From assembly GCA_964016885.1 (NCBI GenBank), contig OZ024743.1, positions 141,422,001 to 141,486,000 of the forward strand: a stretch of DNA of 64,000 nucleotides, given 5' to 3'. Positions 56,721 to 64,000 of the stretch are shown here, piece by piece. The number at the start of each line of letters is the position of its first letter. The stretch's first letter is position 1. Under the pieces are notes generated by a model that was given only the letters and a program-made list of their open reading frames with translations, was not told where the DNA came from and made no database searches. The position numbers and the translations under genes were made by a program. This stretch comes from Eledone cirrhosa. Lineage: Eukaryota.

Positions 56721-59700
56721 TTGGTGCTTGGTGTTTGGTGCTTGGTGTTTGGTGCTTGGTGCCTGGTGCTTGGTGTTTGGTGTTTGGTGCTTGGTGTTTG
56801 GTGCTTGGTGTTTGGTACTTGGTGTTCGGTGCTTGGTGCTTGGTGCTTTGTGCTTGGTGTTTGGTGTTTGGTGCTTGGTGCTTGGTGTTTGATGTTTGGT
56901 CCTTGGTGCTTGGTGTTTGGTGTTGTGTGCTTGGTGCTTGGTGCTTGGTGTTTGGTGCTTGGTGCTTGGTGCTTGGTGTTTGGCGTTTGCTGTTTGCTGT
57001 TTGGTGTTTGGTGTTTGCTGTTTGGTGTTTGCTGTTTGGTGTTTGGTGTTTGGTGCTTGGTGCTTGGTGTTTGGTGCTTGGTGCTTGGTGCTTGGTGTTT
57101 GGTCCTTGGTGCTTGGTGCTTGGTCTTTGGTGCTTGGGTTTTGGTGTTTGGTGCTTGGTGCTTGGTGTTTGGTGCTTGGTGCTTGGTGCTTGGTGCTTGG
57201 TGTTTGGTGCTTGCTGCTTGGTGCTTGGTGTTTGGTGCTTGGTGCTTGGTGATTAGTGTTTGGTGCTTGGTGCTTCGGGTTTGGTGTTTGGGGCTTGGTG
57301 TTTGGTGCTTGGTGCTTGCTGTTTGGTGATTGGTGTTTGGTTCTTGGTGCTTGGTGTTTGGTGTTTGGTGTTTGGTGCTTGGTGCTTGGTGCTTGGTGTT
57401 TGGTGCTTGGTGCTTGGTGCTTGGTGTTTGGTGCTGCGTGCTTGGTGTTTGGTGTTTGGTGCTTGGTGCCTGGTGCCTGTTGTTTGGTGTTTGGTGCTTA
57501 GTGCTTGGTGTTTGGTGTTTGGTGCTTGGTGCTTGGTGGCTGGTGTTTGGTGCTTGGTGTTTGGAGTTTGGTGCTTGGTGCTTGGTGCCTGGTGTTTCGT
57601 GCTTGGTGCTTGGTGCTTGGTGTTTGGTGTATGGTGCTTGGTGTTTGGTGTTTGGTACTTGGTGCTTGGTGCTTGGTGCTTGGTGTTTGGTGTTTGCTGT
57701 TTGCTGTTTAGTGTTTGGTGTTTGCTGTTTGGTGTTTGCTGTTTGGTGTTTGGTGTTTGGTGCTTGCTGTTTGGTGCTTGGTGCTTGGTGTTTGGTGTTT
57801 GGTGCTTGGTGTTTGGTGCTTGGTGCTTGGTGCTGGGTGTTTGGTGCTTGGTGCTTGGTGTTTGGTGCTTGGTGCTTGGTGCTTGGTGTTTGGTCCTTGG
57901 TGCTTGGTGCTTGGTCTTTGGTGCTTGGGTTTTGGTGTTTGGTGCTTGGTGCTTGGTGTTTGGTGCTTGGTGCTTGGTGCTTGGTGTTTGGTGCTTGCTG
58001 CTTGGCACTTGGTTTTTGGTGCTTGGTGCTTGGTGATTAGTGTTTGGTGATTGGTGCTTGGGGTTTGGTGTTTGGGGGCTTGGTGTTTGGTGCGTGGTGC
58101 TTGCTGTTTGGTGTTTGGTGCTGGGTGTTTGGTGCTTGGTGCTTGGTGTTTGGTGCTTGGTGCTTGGTGCTTGGTGCTTGGTGTTTGGTGCCTGGTGCTT
58201 GGTGCTTGGTGCTTGCTGTTTGGTGTTTGGTGTTTGGTTCTTGGTGCTTGGTGTTTGGTGTTTGGTGCTTGGTGCTTGGTGCTTGGTGTTTGGTGCTTGG
58301 TGCTTGGTGATTAGTGTTTGGTGATTGGTGCTTGGGGTCTGGTGTTTGGTGCTTGGTGTTTGGTGCTTGGTGCTTGCTGTTTGGTGTTTGGTGTTTGGTT
58401 CTTGGTGCTTGGTGTTTGGTGTTTGGTGCTTGGTGCTTGGTGATTGGTGTTTGGTGCTTGGTGCTTGGTGCTTGGTGTTTGGTGCTGCGTGCTTGGTGTT
58501 TGGTGTTTGGTGCTTGGTGCCTGGGGCTTGTTGTTTGGTGTTTGGTGCTTGGTGCTTGGTGCTTGGTGTTAGGTGTTTGGTGCTTGGTGCTTGGTGTTTG
58601 ATATTTGGTTCTTGGTGCTTGTTGTTTGGTGTTTGGTGCTTGGTGCTTGGTGTTTGGTGCTTGGTGCTTGGTGTTTGGTGTTTGGTGTTTGGTGTTTGGA
58701 GATTGGTGCTTTGTGTTTGGTGCTTGGTGCTTGGTGCTTGGTTCTTGGTGTTAGGCGTTTGGTGCTTGGAGCTTGGTGTTTGATGTTTGGTCCTTGGTGC
58801 TTGGTGTTTGGTATTTGGAGCTTGGTGCTTGGTGTTTGGTGTTTGGTGCTTGCTGCTTGCTGCTTGGTGTTTGGTGCTAGGGACTTGGTGCTTGGTGCTT
58901 GGTGTTTGGTGCTTGGTGTTTGGTGTTTGGTGCTTGGTGCGTGGGACTTGGTGTTTGGTGCTTGGTGTTTGGTGCTTGGTGTTTGGTGCTTGGTGCCTGG
59001 TGCTTGGTGTTTGGTGTTTGGTGCTTGGTGTTTGGTGCTTGGTGTTTGGTACTTGGTGTTCGGTGCTTGGTGCTTGGTGCTTGGTGCTTGGTGTCTGGTG
59101 TTTGGTGCTTGGTGCTTGGTGTTTGTTGTTTGGTCCTTGGTGCTTGGTGTTTGGTGTTGTGTGCTTGGTGCTTGGTGCTTGGTGTTTGGTGCTTGGTGCT
59201 TGGTGCTTGGTGTTTGGCGTTTGCTGTTTGCTGTTTGGTGTTTGGTGTTTGCTGTTTGGTGTTTGCTGTTTGGTGTTTGGTGTTTGGTGCTTGGTGCTTG
59301 GTGTTTGGTGCTTGGTGCTTGGTGCTTGGTGTTTGGTCCTTGGTGCTTGGTGCTTGGTCTTTGGTGCTTGGGTTTTGGTGTTTGGTGCTTGGTGCTTGGT
59401 GTTTGGTGCTTGGTGCTTGGTGCTTGGTGCTTGGTGTTTGGTGCTTGCTGTTTGGTGCTTGGTGTTTGGTGCTTGGTGCTTGGTGATTAGTGTTTGGTGC
59501 TTGGTGCTTCGGGTTTGGTGTTTGGGGCTTGGTGTTTGGTGCTTGGTGCTTGCTGTTTGGTGATTGGTGTTTGGTTCTTGGTGCTTGGTGTTTGGTGTTT
59601 GGTGTTTGGTGCTTGGTGCTTGGTGCTTGGTGTTTGGTGCTTGGTGCTTGGTGCTTGGTGTTTGGTGCTGCGTGCTTGGTGTTTGGTGTTTGGTGCTTGG

Positions 59701-59900
59701 TGCCTGGTGCCTGTTGTTTGGTGTTTGGTGCTTAGTGCTTGGTGTTTGGTGTTTGGTGCTTGGTGCTTGGTGGCTGGTGTTTGGTGCTTGGTGTTTGGAG
59801 TTTGGTGCTTGGTGCTTGGTGCCTGGTGTTTCGTGCTTGGTGCTTGGTGCTTGGTGTTTGGTGTATGGTGCTTGGTGTTTGGTGTTTGGTACTTGGTGCT
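56460..59900 (+). repeat. 2234-bp period duplication (319 units plus 1 bp)
   Basis: ORF pairs 56553/58787, 57256/59490 and 57330/59564. The extra base is the octamer at 58072. Confidence 0.87.
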
Positions 59901-61859
59901 TGGTGCTTCTTGCTTGGTGTTAGGTGCTTGGTGTTTGATGCTGCGTGCTTGGTGTTTGGTGTTTGGTGCTTGGTGCTTGGTGTTTGGTGTTTGGAGCTTG
60001 GTGCCTGGTGCTTGTTGTTTGGTGTTTGGCGCTTGGTGCTTGGTGTTTGGTGTTTAGTGCTTGGTGCTTGGTGCTTGGTATCTGGTGTTTGGTGCTTGAT
60101 GTTTGGTGTTTGGTGCTTGGTGTTTGTTGTTTGGTGCTTGGTGCTTGGTGTTTGGTGCTTGGTGTTTGGTGCTTGGTGTTTGATGCTTGGTGTTTGCTGC
60201 TTGGTGCTTGGTGCTTGGTGTTTTGTGTTTGGTGCTTGGTGCTTGGTGCCTGGTGCTTGTTGCTTGGTGCTTGTTGTTTGGTGCTTGGAGCTTGGTGATT
60301 AGTGTTTGGTGCTTGGTGCTTACGGTTTGGTGATTGGTGCTTGGAGTTTGGTGTTTGGTGCTTGGTGCTTGGTGTTTGGTGCTTGGTGCTTGGTGTTTGG
60401 TGCTTGGTGCTTGGTGTTTGGTGCTTGGTGCTTGGTGTTTGGTGTTTGGCGTTTGCTGTTTGCTGTTTGGTGTTTGGTGTTTGCTGTTTGGTGTTTGCTG
60501 TTTGGTGTTTGGTGTTTGGTGCTTGCTGTTTGGTGCTTGGTGCTTGGTGTTTGGTGTTTGGTGTTTGGTGCTTGGTGCTTGGTGTTTGGTCCTTGGTGCT
60601 TGGTGCTTGGTCTTTGGTGCTTGGGTTTTGGTGTTTGGTGCTTGGTGCTTGGTGTTTGGTGCTTGGTTCTTGGTGCTTGGTGCTTGGTGTTTGGTGATTG
60701 CTGCTTGGTGCTTGGTGTTTGGTGCTTGGTGCTTGGTGATTAGTGTTTGGTGATTGGTGCTTGGGGTTTTCTGTTTGGTGCTTGGTGTTTGGTGCTTGGT
60801 GCTTGCTGTTTGGTGTTTGGTGTTTGGTTCTTGGTGCTTGGTTTTTGGTGTTTGGTGTTTGGTGCTTGGTGCTTAGTGCTTGGTGTTTGGTGCTTGGTGC
60901 TTGGTGCTTGGTGTTTGGTGCTGCGTGCTTGGTGTTTGGTGTTTGGTGCTTGGTGCCTGGTGCTTGTTGTTTGGTGTTTGGTGCTTAGTGCATGGTGTTT
61001 GGTGTTTGGTGCTTGGTGCTTGGTGGCTGGTGCTTGGTGCTTGGTGTTTGGAGTTTGGTGCTTGGTGCTTGGTGCCTGGTGTTTCGTGCTTGGTGCTTGG
61101 TGCTTGGTGTTTGGTGTTTGGTGCTTGGTGTTTGGTGTTTGGAACTTGGTGCTTGGTGCTTGGTGCTTGGTGTTTGGTGCTTGGTGTTTGATGCTGCGTG
61201 CTTGGTGTTTGGTGTTTGGTTCTTGGTGCTTGGTGTTTGGTGTTTGGAGCTTGGTGCCTGCTGCTTGTTGTTTGGTGTTTGGTGCTTGATGTTTGGTGTT
61301 TGTTGCTTGGTGCTTGGTGCTTGGTGTTTGGTGTTTGGTGCTTGGTGCTTGGTGTTTGGAGCTTGGTGTTTGGTGTTTGGTGTTTGATGCTTGGTGTTTG
61401 CTGCTTGGTGCTTGGTGCTTGGTGTTTTGTGTTTGGTGCTTGGTGCTTGGTGCCTGGTGCTTGGTGCTTGGTGCTTGTTGTTTGGTGCTTGGTGCTTGGT
61501 GATTAGTGTTTGGTGCTTGGTGCTTGCGGTTTGATGTTTGGTGCTTGGGGTTTGGTGTTTGGTGCTTGGTGTTTGGTGCTTGGTGGTTGGTGCTTGGTGC
61601 TTGGTGTTAGGTGTTTGGTGCTTGGTGCTTGGTGTTTGATGTTTGGTCCTTGGTGCTTGGTGTTTGGTGTTTGGTGCTTGCTGCTTGCTGCTTGGTGTTT
61701 GGTGCTTGGTGATTGGTGCTTGGTGTTTTGTGCTTGGTGCTTGGTGTTTGGTGTTTGGTGCTAGGGGCTTGGTGCTTGGTGCTTGGTGTTTGGTGCTTGG
61801 TGCTTGCTGTTTGGTGTTTGGTGCTTGGTGCGTGGGACTTAGTGTTTGGTGTTTGGTGC

Positions 61860-64000
61860 TTGGTGTTGGGTGCTTGGTGTTTGGTGCTTGGTGTTTGGGG
61901 CTTCGTGTTCGGTGCTTGGTGCTTGGTGCTTGGGGTTGGTGTTTGGTGTTTGGTGCTTGGTGCTTGGTGTTTGATGTTGGGTCCTTGGTGCGTGGTGTTT
62001 GGTGTTTGGTGCTTGGTGTTTGGTGTTTGGTGCTTGGTGCTTGGTGTTTGGTGTTTGGTGCTTGGTGCTTGGGGCTTGGTGTTTGGTGCTTCTGCTTGGG
62101 GCTTGGTAGTTGGTGCTTGGTGCTTGGTGCCTGGTGTTTGGTGTTTGGTGTTTGGTGCTTGGTGTATGGTGCTTGGTGCTTGGTGCTGGGTGGTTGGTGT
62201 TTGGTGCTTGGTGCTTGGTGTTTGGTGCTTGGTGCTTGGTGCTTGTTGTTTGGTGCTTGGTGCTTGGTGCTTGGTCTTTGGTGCATGGTGTTTGGTGTTT
62301 CGCGCTTGGTGCTTGGTGCTTCGTGATCGGTGCTTGGTGCTTGGTGCTTGGTGTTTGGTGCTTGGTGCTTGGTGATTAGTGTTTGTTGCTTGGTGCTTGG
62401 GGTTTGGTGGTTGGTGCTTGGTGCTTGGTGTTTGGTGTTTGGTGTTTGGTGTTTGCTGTTTGCTGTTTGGTGTCTGCTTTTTGGTGTTTGGTGTTTGCTG
62501 TATGGTGTTTGCTGTTTCGTATTTGGTTTTTGCTGTTTGGTGTTTGGTGTTTGCTGTTTGGTGTTTGGTGTTTGGTGTTTGGTGCTTGGTGCTTGGTGTT
62601 TGGCGTTTGGTGCTTGGTGCTTGGTGTTTGGTGCTTGGTGCTTGGTGTTTGGTGTTTGGTGCTTGGTGCCTGGTGCTTGTTGTATGGTGTTTGGTGCTTG
62701 GTGCTTGGTGTTTGGTGTTTGCTGCTTGGTGTCTGGTGTTTGGTGCTTGGTGTTTGGTGTTTGGTGCTTGGTGTATGGTGCTTGGTGCTTGGTGCTGGGT
62801 GGTTGGTGTTTGGTGTTTGGTGCTTGGTGTTGGGTGCTTGGTGTTCGGTGCTTGGTGTTTGGGGCTTCGTGTTCGGTGCTTGGTGCTTGGTGCTTGGGGC
62901 TTGGTGTTTGGTGTTTGGTGCTTGGTGCTTGGTGTTTGATGTTGGGTCCTTGGTGCGTGGTGTTTGGTGTTTGGTGCTTGGTGTTTGGTGTTTGGTGCTT
63001 GGTGCTTGGTGTTTGGTGTTTGGTGCTTGGTGCTTGGGGCTTGGTGTTTGGTGCTTCTGCTTGGGGCTTGGTAGTTGGTGCTTGGTGCTTGGTGCCTGGT
63101 GTTTGGTGTTTGGTGTTTGGTGCTTGGTGTATGGTGCTTGGTGCTTGGTGCTGGGTGGTTGGTGTTTGGTGCTTGGTGCTTGGTGTTTGGTGCTTGGTGC
63201 TTGGTGCTTGTTGTTTGGTGCTTGGTGCTTGGTGCTTGGTCTTTGGTGCATGGTGTTTGGTGTTTCGCACTTGGTGCTTGGTGCTTCGTGATCGGTGCTT
63301 GGTGCTTGGTGCTTGGTGTTTGGTGCTTGGTGCTTGGTGATTAGTGTTTGTTGCTTGGTGCTTGGGGTTTGGTGGTTGGTGCTTGGTGCTTGGTGTTTGG
63401 TGTTTGGTGTTTGGTGTTTGCTGTTTGCTGTTTGGTGTCTGCTTTTTGGTGTTTGGTGTTTGCTGTATGGTGTTTGCTGTTTCGTATTTGGTTTTTGCTG
63501 TTTGGTGTTTGGTGTTTGCTGTTTGGTGTTTGGTGTTTGGTGTTTGGTGCTTGGTGCTTGGTGTTTGGCGTTTGGTGCTTGGTGCTTGGTGTTTGGTGCT
63601 TGGTGCTTGGTGTTTGGTGTTTGGTGCTTGGTGCCTGGTGCTTGTTGTATGGTGTTTGGTGCTTCGTGCTTGGTGTTTGGTGTTTGCTGCTTGGTGTCTG
63701 GTGTTTGGTGCTTGGTGTTTGGTGTTTGGTGCTTGGTGTATGGTGCTTGGTGCTTGGTGCTGTGTGGTTGGTGTTTGGTGCTTGGTGCTTGGTGTTTGGT
63801 GCTTGGTGCTTGGTGCTTGTTGTTTGGTGCTTGGTGCTTGGTGCTTGGTCTTTGGTGCATGGTGTTTGGTGTTTGGCGCTTGGTGCTTGGTGCTTCGTGA
63901 TTGGTGCTTGGTGCTTGGTGCTTGGTGTTTGGTGCTTGGTGCTTGGTGATTAGTGTTTGTTGCTTGGTGCTTGGGGTTTGGTGGTTGTTGCTTGGTGCTT
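61860..64000 (+). repeat. 965-bp tandem duplication (138 units minus 1 bp) followed by a partial third copy
   Basis: TTCTGC at 62090/63055, TTCGTAT at 62516/63481, ORF pairs 62110/63075 and 62379/63344. The GATTAGTGTTTGTTGC marker recurs again 609 bp later, near 63950. Confidence 0.9.

Larger units (their letters stand above)
49500..61510 (+). repeat. Patchy roughly 8.2-kb-offset duplication (49500-50250 vs 57690-58450; 52620-53260 vs 60790-61510)
   Basis: Octamer TTGGGGGC at 49888 and 58072 (offset 8184). ORF pairs 49856/58040, 50109/58314 and 52944/61198. Both copies share the TTGGAAC and TTAGTGC-ATGGTGT variants. Confidence 0.75.
1..64000 (+). repeat. Heptamer satellite array (TTGGTGY)n, about 9,140 units, running off both window ends
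   Basis: Sequence parses throughout as TTGGTGC or TTGGTGT, with scattered substitution variants such as TTGCTGT, TTGTTGT, TTGATGY, TTGGGGY, TTGGTGA, TTAGTGY and CTGGTGC. Orientation is constant. Unit starts checked modulo 7 at many anchors agree from base 1 to 64000 once 14 single-base phase shifts are counted. Confidence 0.99.

Noticed and set aside
365-63860. Long - strand ORFs (641, 634, 804, 748, 761 aa) resembling mucin-like or disordered repeat proteins
   Set aside because: Stops on the - strand need TTA, CTA or TCA on the + strand, which is nearly A-free, so long open frames are expected. They have no signal peptide or unique termini, and paralogous segments do not preserve a frame.
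18-63953. Hundreds of + strand ORFs rich in W/C/L/V/G resembling membrane proteins
   Set aside because: They overlap in all three frames with the same periodic peptide, start at TTG/GTG-type codons supplied by the repeat, and end at variant heptamers. There is no non-repetitive domain.
1-64000. CRISPR array or repeat-spacer system using the GATTAG motif as the repeat
   Set aside because: The intervening DNA is the same heptamer rather than unique spacers, spacing is hundreds of bp and variable, and there are no cas genes or leader.
1-64000. Identity with canonical telomere repeats or cyanobacterial STRR heptamers
   Set aside because: The consensus lacks the GGG core of TTAGGG, TTTAGGG or TTGGGG. 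STRR motifs differ in sequence and occur as short tracts among genes, not as tens-of-kb arrays.
1-64000. C/T dimorphism as a product of CpG deamination or fungal RIP
   Set aside because: The variable C is followed by T, not G or A. The abundant CpA sites on the - strand are largely intact (few G-to-A variants on +), unlike RIP-mutated repeats.
1-64000. Pure sequencing or basecalling artefact, or simulated low-complexity DNA
   Set aside because: Rare substitutions and 1-bp indels are faithfully shared among nested copies in a hierarchical pattern, which random error would not produce. Exact copy number and order could still be misassembled.
1-64000. Embedded transposon, inverted segment, tRNA/rRNA, promoter or terminator
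   Set aside because: No CACCAA-oriented tract on the + strand and no non-repeat stretch longer than a few degenerate units was seen. The strand lacks the A/C content needed for stable hairpins.

Overview
The whole 64 kb window is one uninterrupted, single-orientation tandem array of the heptamer TTGGTG(C/T) (reverse complement (G/A)CACCAA), about 9,140 units. I found no unique spacer DNA, inversion, recognisable gene, RNA gene, transposon or CRISPR array. Every listed ORF is the cyclic 7-residue translation of the repeat (LVLGAWC-type on +, KHQAPST-type on -) and is treated as an artefact. The array is nevertheless highly organised. Position 7 is a two-state C/T site. Rare variant heptamers form fixed ordered motifs that define modules of 455 bp, about 690-810 bp, 224 bp and about 1.5 kb. 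These modules are nested inside recent duplications with offsets from 0.3 to 18 kb. The 7-bp register is broken at only 14 places that I could find, tracing to about 6 independent 1-bp events. Diagnostic variants divide the array into layered domains, and the left-hand subfamily reappears at the right end. The best reading is a satellite with multi-level higher-order repeats (centromeric, pericentromeric or telomere-associated type; host and function cannot be determined from this window). I see no direct evidence of a new coding system. Duplication boundaries are approximate; offsets were derived by hand from marker motifs and ORF-track coordinates.
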